The notes beneath the pieces were generated by a model. It was not told the origin of the DNA and made no database searches. It saw nothing but the letters and a program-made list of their open reading frames with translations. Positions 10,053 through 18,585 of a stretch of 64,000 bases of DNA are shown here, one piece after another; position 1 is the stretch's first letter; the number at the start of each line of letters is the position of its first letter. The position numbers and the translations under genes are program-made. Source of the stretch: a virus; the IMG/VR virus record IMGVR_UViG_3300023178_000017, positions 32,001 to 96,000 of that record. The stretch is one strand, 5' to 3'.

Positions 10053-11828
10053 TTACTTAGGTGATGGTTTAAAGAAGAAGAAGTTGTGAGCTAATACACC
10101 ATTTGCAAAGAAATTGTGATTGTCGCCAACGTTCTTCAAGTTATACACCTGTTGTGAATCTTTCTCCTCTATTTTAATTATTTCTAGTCCTATTTCTGTA
10201 CCTAGTACAGCATCTGTCATGGTCATCAAATGATCACCGACTGCGATTTCTGAATTTACAAATTCATCTCCACCTTCTTCTTTGTGGAATTCTTTAAATT
10301 TCTCTAAGTTGATAACACCCCATTCACCATTCATTGTTCTAAATGGATGTTCTGAAGTTGTTTCAAGTATTCTACCGTCTGATAAATGTATCTCATGTAT
10401 TGATACTTCTCTTGGTTGCATCAACTCTTCGACTACACCGATCTCTAATTTATTTGTCTCTTCGTTCCAAGTCATTACGTCTTGACCAACTTCTACTGTT
10501 TCAATTGGTACATGACTGCCATCGCCCAACCATATCATTGTGCCGGCAACAAAACATCCTTTGCCACCTCCAGGAATGTTACCAGGTATTGGACCAAACG
10601 GTTGATAGAAGTACACTGCTGGGAAGATAAATGGATATCTTGCTGTTTGTTGTGTAGTACTTGGTTGCCTTGCGTTATTTGGTTGCCTTGCGTTGTTTGG
10701 TTGCCTTGCGTTATTAGGTTGTCTAGCAGCAACTGGTTGTCTTGCCTGATACGTAAACGGCGCACGGAATGTAAATGGAGTCCTTGCGTTATTAGGTTGT
10801 CTTGCCTGATACGTAAACGGCGCACGGAATGTAAATGGAGTCCTTGCGTTATTAGGTTGTCTTGCCTGATACGTAAACGGCGATCTATGGTTATACGTAA
10901 ACGGTGATCTGTGGTTATATGTAAACGGTGATCTGTGGTTATACGTATACGGTGATCTATGTTGATACGTAAATGGCACCCTATATGATCTTGGATCACG
11001 GTATGTAAATGGTGATCTGTACGCATACGTAAACGGTATCTGATATGATCTTGGATCACGGTATGTAAATGGTGATCTATGTTGATACGTAAATGGCACC
11101 CTATATGATCTTGGGTCTCTATATGTAAATGGTGACCTATGTTGATACGTAAACGGTGTTTGTGCGTTTCTGATATTTGGTTCTTGTGCAGACCTAATAT
11201 TTGGTTCTTGACCGCTTCTAATATTAGGCTCTTGAGCAGCAACTGGATGTTGATAAGATGCTGGTGTTTGTCTATTTCTTATAAACGGAGTCTGAGCACT
11301 TACAGGGTGATTATACCCAGCTGGTGTTTGTGCGTTTCTGATAAACGGATTCTGTGCATTAACAGGATGTTGATAAGAAGCAGGTTGTTGTGCGTTTCTG
11401 ATAAACGGATTCTGTGCATTTACTGGATGTCTATAGAATGCTGGTGTTTGTCTATTTCTTATAAACGGATTCTGTGCATTAACAGGATGTCTATATGATA
11501 CAGAGTTTTGTGCATTCGCAATATAAGGCGATTGAGCATTCGCAATATAAGGATACGGCTGTTGTGCATCTCTTATAAATGGATTCTGTCTATTAGCAAT
11601 ATAAGGATACGGCTGTTGTGCATCTCTTATAAATGGATTCTGTCTATTAGCAATATAAGGATATGGTTGTTGTGTAGGTTGTTGACCTGATGCGTTATTC
11701 CACCCACTAGGAGTTTTAATGTAAATTTGATCTACATCTTTCCAAGTGTTTGAAGCAGTTTTAACCCATGCACCTTGGGTTGAATTCCAACCTGAGGGGG
11801 TTTTTACTTTCTGTGAGCCTGTCGCCAT
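10053..11828 (-). CDS. Pro-punctuated repeat protein A with C-terminal Hint (intein-like) domain
   Basis: N-terminal triple x(V/I)KT..xW motif; residues 55-388 are 47 repeat units; residues 425-582 CFVAGTMI...TSEHPF...VYNL...HNFFANGVLAHN. Confidence 0.88.
   Translation of the reverse strand: MATGSQKVKTPSGWNSTQGAWVKTASNTWKDVDQIYIKTPSGWNNASGQQPTQQPYPYIANRQNPFIRDAQQPYPYIANRQNPFIRDAQQPYPYIANAQSPYIANAQNSVSYRHPVNAQNPFIRNRQTPAFYRHPVNAQNPFIRNAQQPASYQHPVNAQNPFIRNAQTPAGYNHPVSAQTPFIRNRQTPASYQHPVAAQEPNIRSGQEPNIRSAQEPNIRNAQTPFTYQHRSPFTYRDPRSYRVPFTYQHRSPFTYRDPRSYQIPFTYAYRSPFTYRDPRSYRVPFTYQHRSPYTYNHRSPFTYNHRSPFTYNHRSPFTYQARQPNNARTPFTFRAPFTYQARQPNNARTPFTFRAPFTYQARQPVAARQPNNARQPNNARQPNNARQPSTTQQTARYPFIFPAVYFYQPFGPIPGNIPGGGKGCFVAGTMIWLGDGSHVPIETVEVGQDVMTWNEETNKLEIGVVEELMQPREVSIHEIHLSDGRILETTSEHPFRTMNGEWGVINLEKFKEFHKEEGGDEFVNSEIAVGDHLMTMTDAVLGTEIGLEIIKIEEKDSQQVYNLKNVGDNHNFFANGVLAHNFFFFKPSPK
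10083..10556 (-). other. Hint / bacterial intein-like domain without endonuclease
   Basis: Cys1 (G|CFVAGT), block B TxxH (TSEH), terminal His-Asn; +1 residue is Phe. Confidence 0.88.
10665..11666 (-). repeat. Coding tandem repeats of protein A
   Basis: Exact 60-nt duplication at 10741-10860; 54-nt repeats near 11540-11660; 24-nt and 18-nt arrays. Confidence 0.9.
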
Positions 11829-11851
11829 TTAATCCTTTCTCGCTTTTTATC

Positions 11852-11859
11852 TATTTATC
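11852..11859 (-). promoter_or_regulatory. Late-type promoter (GATAAATA) upstream of repeat pair A/B and the modification genes
   Basis: One mismatch from TATAAATA, in the intergenic gap before an AAAGGA Shine-Dalgarno-like site. Confidence 0.5.
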
Positions 11860-11861
11860 AA

Positions 11862-14159
11862 TTATGAATAAAGAATCCATAGATCACCAACTGCTCCGTC
11901 ACCTGAAGTAGGTGCAGAAGTTGATTGATATATGTTTCTCGCAACACCACCACTATTTGAAGCGTATGATGTTGAAATTTGTGATGCTCTAAAGTTTGCG
12001 TCTGTTAATGTTAACGAACCTGTAGAAGCACCAGTTGCAGTTGTTGTAGCAACTACAAACTCATCAGCACTTTCGTCCCAACCCATAAATGCGTTGTCGC
12101 CAGTTGAACCTCTTTCTAACACAAGACCAAGGTCATTTGAGTTAGCACCTGTGTTACCAGACCCTAATTCAATCAATGCATCACTGATTGTTGTATTTGT
12201 AGAATCTACAGTTGATGTAGTACCATTAACTGTTAGGTTACCAGATAATGTTAAGTTACCAAATTGTACGTTACTTGTTGTAGCAACTGCCTGACCAATA
12301 CTTATTTCACCTGAACTAATTGAGACACCAGTTCCTGCACTAATATGACTTCTAACTTCTGAAGCGCTTGGGCCAGTATATGTGATTACACCAGTAGATG
12401 AATTGTATGCTAAACTTCCATCACCACCTGAATCAGTAACAGAGATTGAACCTCTTGCATCTGAATCAGCATATTGTGTAATTGTTGTTGCAAGTGTTAA
12501 GGTACCATTTACATCATCGTATGTTGATGTGATGCCTGTACCTGCTGTTACTAAAGCATTTACTCTGTCATCAACTCTTTCGTCTGTGAAGTATAAGTTT
12601 GATGAACCTTCTGTTAACGAATCTGTATCTGGTAATAATGCATTAACTCTAGCATCTGCTCTAGCGTTTGTAAAGTAAAGGTTTGAACCTTCTGAAATAT
12701 GAGCAGTTGTTGAAGGTATTGTAATAGCACCTGTACTTGAATCATATGCACCTGCACCAGAGTTTGTACTTAGAGATGCTCTTGCTCTAGCATCTGTATA
12801 GAATAAGTTTGTTGAACCTTCTGTAATGTCATCTGAATCACCACTTAGTTCACTTAATGCATCTGCTGTATCTACTTGTGCATCAACATAAGTTTTGACT
12901 GCTAACTGAGAAGGTACTAAAGTATCTGAAGCACTACCAAAATTAACATCTGTATCGATTGCATTTTGAACTCTAGCGTCTGCTCTTGCATTTGTAAAGT
13001 ATAAGTTTGTAGAGCCTTCTGTTATTTCATCTGTATTGTCTTTACTTGCGACTTGTGAATCTACATATGCTTTAACTGATTGTTGAGAAGGTATTCTTGT
13101 TTCACTATTAGACACCATATTATCTTCATCGATAAGAGCTGCTGTGATTCTAGCATCTGCTCTAGCGTCAGTGAAATATAAGTTTGAACCTTCTGCTAAA
13201 TCACCAGTGTCATGGTTAGCAATACTAGTAACTGTACCAGTTACGTTACCAGTTAAGTTTCCTTCGAATGTTCCTGCAACAAAAGTTTCTGAACCGACTG
13301 TCCATTTATCGTTGGTCTCATCCCATAAGAATGTTTTTGCAGTTGAACTACCTCTAGTTACACTCAAACCAGCATCTTCTGTTGGTGAACCTGAAGTAAA
13401 GTTACTGTTTAATGCGATTGTGTTGTCTGCAAGGTTAATTGTCTCTGAGTTTACAGTTGTTGTTGTACCTGAAACTGTTAGTGAACCTGAGATTGTAACA
13501 TCATCGTTAAGTGAAATAACACCATTTCCGTTACCACTCAATACTAAGTTAGTATCAGCTGATCTGGACACGATTTGATCAACTGCAATATTGTTACTAA
13601 ATGTGATGTTGTTTCCTGCACTGTTGGTAATATTGTTACCGTCTTCGATTTGAACTGGACCTTTAAGTGCAATAACACCTGATCCTGTTGCATCTAACTC
13701 TAAATCACCAGAACCACTTGTCTGTATAGACATGTTTTGGTTAGAGTCAGCACTAAAGACGATTGTACCTGAGTCATCTGAAATAACCTGTTGTCCGTTA
13801 ACATATAAAGAACCAGGTCCAACGTATACGTCTTTCCATGTTCTACTTGATGAACCTAAGTCGTATGTGTTATCTGCGCTTGGTATGATGTTACCTGCAA
13901 ATGTACCACCACCTAAGTATGATAATACATCTGAGTCGCCGTATTGGGCTGCACCTGCGATTGTTAGTGTGTTAGCAGAATCATCGTATGTTAATGTGAT
14001 GCCTGTACCTGCTGTTAAAAGTTGAGCGACTCTATCGTCTACTGACTCATCTAATGCTGATGCTGAAATTGAACCAACGTATGATCCAGAAGAGCTAATA
14101 ACCTCTGTTCCACCGATTGACAGGCCGTTTTTAATATTAAAATTCTTTTCCCCTGCCAT
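11862..14159 (-). CDS. Tail fibre-like protein
   Basis: Gly/Ser/Thr/Asp-rich; five EG(S/T)xNLYFTxxR repeats; GNLTVNGT motifs; C-terminal APTSGDGAVGDLWILYS. Confidence 0.75.
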   Translation of the reverse strand: MAGEKNFNIKNGLSIGGTEVISSSGSYVGSISASALDESVDDRVAQLLTAGTGITLTYDDSANTLTIAGAAQYGDSDVLSYLGGGTFAGNIIPSADNTYDLGSSSRTWKDVYVGPGSLYVNGQQVISDDSGTIVFSADSNQNMSIQTSGSGDLELDATGSGVIALKGPVQIEDGNNITNSAGNNITFSNNIAVDQIVSRSADTNLVLSGNGNGVISLNDDVTISGSLTVSGTTTTVNSETINLADNTIALNSNFTSGSPTEDAGLSVTRGSSTAKTFLWDETNDKWTVGSETFVAGTFEGNLTGNVTGTVTSIANHDTGDLAEGSNLYFTDARADARITAALIDEDNMVSNSETRIPSQQSVKAYVDSQVASKDNTDEITEGSTNLYFTNARADARVQNAIDTDVNFGSASDTLVPSQLAVKTYVDAQVDTADALSELSGDSDDITEGSTNLFYTDARARASLSTNSGAGAYDSSTGAITIPSTTAHISEGSNLYFTNARADARVNALLPDTDSLTEGSSNLYFTDERVDDRVNALVTAGTGITSTYDDVNGTLTLATTITQYADSDARGSISVTDSGGDGSLAYNSSTGVITYTGPSASEVRSHISAGTGVSISSGEISIGQAVATTSNVQFGNLTLSGNLTVNGTTSTVDSTNTTISDALIELGSGNTGANSNDLGLVLERGSTGDNAFMGWDESADEFVVATTTATGASTGSLTLTDANFRASQISTSYASNSGGVARNIYQSTSAPTSGDGAVGDLWILYS

Positions 14160-14419
14160 TAGATAGTACCTCCGTCAACTTGCGGTAATGAAAACTCACC
14201 CGTTGATGAGTTATAAGATAAATTCGTTTCTCCAGATGCTAATGAAATAGCACCTCTTGCTTTTGCGTTAGTAAAATATTGATTCGTTGCACCTTCTGTG
14301 ATGTCATCTGAGTCTAGTGCGGATACTGATCCAGCGGTAATTTTACCAGCACTAGTTATGACCTCTGTAGAACCGATGTTTAATCCGTATTCTATAACAA
14401 AATTATTTTGTGTTGCCAT
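14159..14419 (-). CDS. Small fibre-associated structural protein
   Basis: N-terminus paralogous to 11862-14159 (NF.I..GL.IG.TEVI); ITEGATNQYFTN repeat; ends VDGGTI. Confidence 0.65.
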   Translation of the reverse strand: MATQNNFVIEYGLNIGSTEVITSAGKITAGSVSALDSDDITEGATNQYFTNAKARGAISLASGETNLSYNSSTGEFSLPQVDGGTI

Positions 14420-14507
14420 GGTTAGTGTGTCCTAATTGAGTGTATACAGTATTATTTAGTAGAGATTACTCTTCAAAAAGGTGGTTTAAACAAAATTTAA
14501 ACAAAAA

Positions 14508-15248
14508 TCATACTTTAATTAATTGACGTGACCATTTGAATACAGTCGAGTTTGCAGAAGCAGGTGTAATCTTTAAAACTACATTACCACTTTCAACTGC
14601 AACTGATACTGAATACAACGAACTATTTGTAACTATCTCAGCGTATTGTGTAAAGTAAGCAGTTGAACCGTCATGAATTACAACAACTTCAGATGTGTGA
14701 TAGTTTGTACCCTCTGTTGCTTGTAAAATATACTTAGCACTTCGATAATTTGATAAAGAAAACGAATCTAAGTCTGTTTCCGATGTTGTAGTGGTTGTTG
14801 TACCTGTATTACTATCAACAACCAAACTATCGATTGTTAATGTGTCTGAAGCAGTGATAGTAGTGCATGTTAAATCACCAACTTCTAAAGCTGCTTTAGC
14901 GTAACCTGTGCCTGAAGTGTTAACTGTTGTAGTAGGTTCTACTTCTAAACCGTCAAATAATTTCCATGTAGAATCACTAGCATCTCTAAAAAGACCTGTG
15001 AACTCATTGCCGCTGTCTGATAAACCATCATCGTAGTTACCATATAACCCTATGTCAACTGTATCTGAACTCGTGTTTGAGTTCGCAAGTTCGATCATTG
15101 AGTCTATAACAGACGTGGTTGTACTGTTAACGGTAGTTTGTGTACCATTAACTGTTAAATTGCCTGTGATTGTCGCATCGCCATCGACCAACAGGTCTTG
15201 ACCTGTTTCTAGTCCTATGTCTGCATAAAATTTTGATTTTGTTGCCAT
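14508..15248 (-). CDS. Fibre-associated structural protein
   Basis: [14 protein letters not shown] motif; C-terminal domain shared with 15345-15755 and 15766-16593. Confidence 0.65.
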   Translation of the reverse strand: MATKSKFYADIGLETGQDLLVDGDATITGNLTVNGTQTTVNSTTTSVIDSMIELANSNTSSDTVDIGLYGNYDDGLSDSGNEFTGLFRDASDSTWKLFDGLEVEPTTTVNTSGTGYAKAALEVGDLTCTTITASDTLTIDSLVVDSNTGTTTTTTSETDLDSFSLSNYRSAKYILQATEGTNYHTSEVVVIHDGSTAYFTQYAEIVTNSSLYSVSVAVESGNVVLKITPASANSTVFKWSRQLIKV

Positions 15249-15276
15249 AATAATCTCAAAAATATATTCTCAGTAC

Positions 15277-15284
15277 TATTTATG
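15277..15284 (-). promoter_or_regulatory. Late-type promoter (CATAAATA)
   Basis: Just downstream of a terminator and upstream of 14508-15248. Confidence 0.55.
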
Positions 15285-15296
15285 ACTTTTTGGAAG

Positions 15297-15324
15297 TAAA
15301 AGAAAGGGGATCATGTGATCCCCT
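15297..15324 (-). terminator. Rho-independent terminator
   Basis: Inverted repeat AGGGGATCA/TGATCCCCT followed by TTCTTTT on the minus strand. Confidence 0.8.
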
Positions 15325-15344
15325 CTCAAGAAAGTTGCTTAGTT

Positions 15345-15755
15345 CTAAGCGCCTACTAAAGTCCTGTGGAATTTAATAGTTGTACTGTTTGCTGAGGCAG
15401 GTGTAATTCTGAGTCTCAAGTCGGAACCATTAATGTCAGCATCGAATGATGCAACACTAGTGTTTTTCAATGTACCGTATTGAGTCATGGTTACTGCGCT
15501 TCCGTCATGTACTAATACTATCTCAGTTGAATGATAGTTAGAACCTTCTGACATTGCAATAACATATCTAGCAGCTCTAAAGTCAGCATGGGCAAAAGTG
15601 TCCAAGTCGACTTGAGATGTAGATGTTGTTGTTAATGCTGTAGACGTTCTATGTTTAGTATCCAACTCTTTAGAAGTAGTGATGACATCATTAGATGAAT
15701 CGTAAGACAATACTCTAATTAACTCAGCGACTTTAAATGCATTTGTTTTAGCCAT
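15345..15755 (-). CDS. Virion structural protein (paralogous beta domain)
   Basis: LDTF....FRAARYVI...GSNYHSTEIVLVHDGS...TQYG, shared with both neighbours. Confidence 0.65.
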   Translation of the reverse strand: MAKTNAFKVAELIRVLSYDSSNDVITTSKELDTKHRTSTALTTTSTSQVDLDTFAHADFRAARYVIAMSEGSNYHSTEIVLVHDGSAVTMTQYGTLKNTSVASFDADINGSDLRLRITPASANSTTIKFHRTLVGA

Positions 15756-15765
15756 TGTCTACTCC

Positions 15766-16593
15766 TTATGATAACCTAATTTGGAAGGTTTTGAATGTTG
15801 TATTAGTATTTGCAGGAGTCACAAGCAATCTCATGTTTCCTGAATTTACATCTGAACTTAACGTGAATAATGAAGACGCTGAATATACATCGCCATATTG
15901 AACGAAGTAAGAATTCGAGCCATCATTAATCAATAATACTTCTGCTGAATGTGTGCCAGCTGATGCATGTGATGCCATGATCACATACTTAACTGCCTTG
16001 TTGGCAATTGCGTTTGCTGATAACACCTGATCTGCTGTAGTAGCAGTAGCTGATAATGTAGTGAAGTAACCTTGAACAAGGTTAGCTGCACTAGTAATAG
16101 CGACTACTTCAACAACATCACCATTTAAAGCATTTTCCGTTAATGTGATAGTTGATGAGCTGGTAGCAGTATAGTCTGCACCACCACCTACTAACTTAAC
16201 ACCGTTAATGTACACTTGTTCATAACCTGAGGTATATGAAAGTGAATTACCATTATCATCGTTACCTGTAATTGAAGTACCAGTTGATGATATAGTGTAA
16301 GTGAATGTTTGTACACCCGAAGATGGTTGGTCTGACCAACTCAAAGTTCCTGAACCATCAGTTTTTAAAATCTGATTTGAGGAACCATCACTTGTAGGAA
16401 AAGAGAAAGCATCATTAACAGTTAAAGAAGCTGGATTCGATCCAACTTCTACAACAGCAGCTGAGCCGTCATTCTTCTCGGTATAAAATCTACCATGATA
16501 AGTATTGACAGCTAATTCACCTAGTGATAGATCACCTATACCAGGCAAAGCGCTTTGTGTAGAACTCCTTTTAAATTGTATTAATGTTGCCAT
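15766..16593 (-). CDS. Fibre-associated structural protein
   Basis: MATLIQFKRS...LSLGELAVN N-terminus; FPTSDGSSNQILKTDGSGTLSW fibre motif; shared C-terminal domain. Confidence 0.7.
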   Translation of the reverse strand: MATLIQFKRSSTQSALPGIGDLSLGELAVNTYHGRFYTEKNDGSAAVVEVGSNPASLTVNDAFSFPTSDGSSNQILKTDGSGTLSWSDQPSSGVQTFTYTISSTGTSITGNDDNGNSLSYTSGYEQVYINGVKLVGGGADYTATSSSTITLTENALNGDVVEVVAITSAANLVQGYFTTLSATATTADQVLSANAIANKAVKYVIMASHASAGTHSAEVLLINDGSNSYFVQYGDVYSASSLFTLSSDVNSGNMRLLVTPANTNTTFKTFQIRLS

Positions 16594-16621
16594 TGTTCTC
16601 TCCTATAGATTAGATGTTAAA

Positions 16622-18190
16622 TTAGAATGTACCACCGTCTATAGCAGTAACAGATACAGCACCTGAAGAGACTGTAAAGTTACTTGAGTCGAATGAAGCA
16701 ATACCTTTAGCAGATGTTGTAGCATCATCGATTGCAACATCACCAGATGTTACAGTAAAGTATGAAGCTGAGAAAGATGCGATACCTTTATTAGCGTCTG
16801 TTGCATCTTCACCTGCTATTGTTATACTACCGTCAGCGTTTGTTACATCGATACCTTCGCCAGCTGAAAGAGCAGCAAGTTCCATATCTCCGTTAGAACC
16901 ATTACCAATTAGTAATTGTCCTGCTGTAGGAGCTGCACCGTCTATAGAAGTAATTGAACCTGAAAGTGCAAGTCCTGAAACTTCTAAGTTACCGAATACT
17001 GCGTTACCTACTGAACCAGAGAATACTGAAGATGTGTCTGTAGCGTCTTGGATAAATTTAAATTTACCGTCAGAATCATCCATACCAAAGAAACCAATTT
17101 TAGCAGTAGAACCATTGTGCCACTTAAATTTGATACCTCTGTCTAGGTTGTCATCTGAAGCGTCATCACCGATTTCAAACACTGGATCTGCAACTGAAGT
17201 AGTTGTAGAGTTTACAGTAGTTGTAGTACCGTTAACAGTCAAGTTACCTGAAACTGTTAAGTTACCTGAAGCGGCAATATTTGTTGATGTAATGTCATCT
17301 GAAGTTAGTGTACCATCTACTTGTACGTTGTTAAACTGTACGTTTGATGATGTGCCAACATCCTGACCGATTGCTAATGTTACGCCGTTGCCTGAAGCAG
17401 TTGATGAAACACCAGTACCACCTAAAACAGAAAGTACTTCTGAGTCAAGGTCGATAGCAATAGATGTAGTACCATCTGAGATGTCTAAATCTTGTGCTGT
17501 TACTTGTGAATCAACATATGCTTTAACAGATTGCTGTGTAGGAACTTTAACGTCTGAATCAGAAGCCATGTTGTCTTCGTCAACTAAGAAGTCAATGTTT
17601 CCTACTTGAACTGCGTTAGCTTGAATTGCAGTAACACCTGAAGCGTTAACTGTTATGTCACCTGAAAGTGAAACGTTATCAAATGAATCTGTACCATCAT
17701 AGATCAAAATTTGACCTGATGAAGGAGCAGAAATATCTGAGTCTGATGCACCAGCAAGTGTTGAAGTTGTAGATACGAAAGAAAGGTTTCCTGAAGCATC
17801 TGTTGCAAGAACCTGGTTAGCAGAACCATCAGCTGATGGTAATGTAAAGGTTACTGAACTTGCAACTGAATCAGGAGCTTTCAGACCAACGAAGTTTGAA
17901 CCGTTGTCTGAATCTTCTCTAAGTTGTAATGAAGCACCAGAAGTTGCACCGTTACCAACAATAAAGTTTGAAGGCGTTGGAGCATCACCGTCTACGATAT
18001 CGGTATAATATTTACCGCCGATTTCGTGAATAACAGCTGATGAGCCTGAGTCTACTGACTCGATATACAATTTAGCAGAAGCACCGTCATTCGATCTATC
18101 CTGTACATACGCTAATTCGCCTTCGCTCAAGTCTGAGACTGTTGGCGCACTCGCTCCTGTACTTCTTTTAATTTGAATAACTGTTGCCAT
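16622..18190 (-). CDS. Tail fibre-like protein
   Basis: [10 protein letters not shown]...LSEGELAY; [22 protein letters not shown]; [11 protein letters not shown]; ends IDGGTF. Confidence 0.72.
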   Translation of the reverse strand: MATVIQIKRSTGASAPTVSDLSEGELAYVQDRSNDGASAKLYIESVDSGSSAVIHEIGGKYYTDIVDGDAPTPSNFIVGNGATSGASLQLREDSDNGSNFVGLKAPDSVASSVTFTLPSADGSANQVLATDASGNLSFVSTTSTLAGASDSDISAPSSGQILIYDGTDSFDNVSLSGDITVNASGVTAIQANAVQVGNIDFLVDEDNMASDSDVKVPTQQSVKAYVDSQVTAQDLDISDGTTSIAIDLDSEVLSVLGGTGVSSTASGNGVTLAIGQDVGTSSNVQFNNVQVDGTLTSDDITSTNIAASGNLTVSGNLTVNGTTTTVNSTTTSVADPVFEIGDDASDDNLDRGIKFKWHNGSTAKIGFFGMDDSDGKFKFIQDATDTSSVFSGSVGNAVFGNLEVSGLALSGSITSIDGAAPTAGQLLIGNGSNGDMELAALSAGEGIDVTNADGSITIAGEDATDANKGIASFSASYFTVTSGDVAIDDATTSAKGIASFDSSNFTVSSGAVSVTAIDGGTF

Positions 18191-18329
18191 TTTTTTCTCC
18201 TAAAAAATGAATTGGGTTTAATATAAAATTTGCAAATTTCTAGTTCACATATCCCTAGAAGATCATTATCTATCTCGTCCTCTCACAATGAGGGTCGTGT
18301 CTCACTGAATGACACCTTGATTGTAATAG

Positions 18330-18337
18330 TATTTATA
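18330..18337 (-). promoter_or_regulatory. T4-type late promoter TATAAATA
   Basis: Exact consensus about 140 nt upstream of the 18190 start. Confidence 0.7.
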
Positions 18338-18340
18338 AGA

Positions 18341-18583
18341 CTAAAATGTTCCGCCGTCTATAACAGTGGTAGTAACCCACTTATCAGACGATGCGTTATA
18401 TGCCAATAGGCCGTTATCTGTTTCACTAGCATCTACATCTGATAGTTCTTGTATAGATTTAGCTGATAGATTGACATTAGTAGATGAGTTACCAATTGCA
18501 ACTTGTTTTACTCTAAAGTTACCTTGACCTTGCACCTTTCCTGAGATGCCTGCTACTCTTCCTACTACACCTTTAATTGCCAT
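18341..18583 (-). CDS. Small fibre-associated protein
   Basis: LSDVD...GLLAYN...KW motif; ends IDGGTF. Confidence 0.65.
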   Translation of the reverse strand: MAIKGVVGRVAGISGKVQGQGNFRVKQVAIGNSSTNVNLSAKSIQELSDVDASETDNGLLAYNASSDKWVTTTVIDGGTF

Positions 18584-18585
18584 AC

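Noticed and set aside
10083-10556. Mobile self-splicing intein
   Set aside because: No homing endonuclease, +1 residue is Phe, and it lies at the end of a structural protein rather than in a conserved enzyme motif.
10900-11420. Intramolecular hairpin of protein A as a full explanation
   Set aside because: Units 12-21 can pair with 24-33 by the same rule, but lengths clash beyond that and the AY deviant is unmatched; only the A:B alignment covers all 47 units. A partial hairpin as a folding intermediate is not excluded.
8974-11666. DNA-level inverted repeat or sense-antisense coding as the cause of the A/B mirror pattern
   Set aside because: Both genes are on the same strand, and paired units are not reverse complements (CCATTTACGTATCAACATAGATCA versus CCTAATATTAGATCAGCACAAGAA); the symmetry exists only at protein level.
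8974-11666. CRISPR array or DGR template/variable repeats
   Set aside because: The repeats are in-frame coding units with synonymous variation and no unique spacers; there is no reverse transcriptase or cas operon in the window.
9144-11690. Alternative-frame ORFs 9144-9620, 9621-10016, 10535-11242, 10482-10907, 11139-11498, 11508-11690
   Set aside because: Shadow frames kept open by repetitive codons; no ribosome-binding sites or protein-like features.
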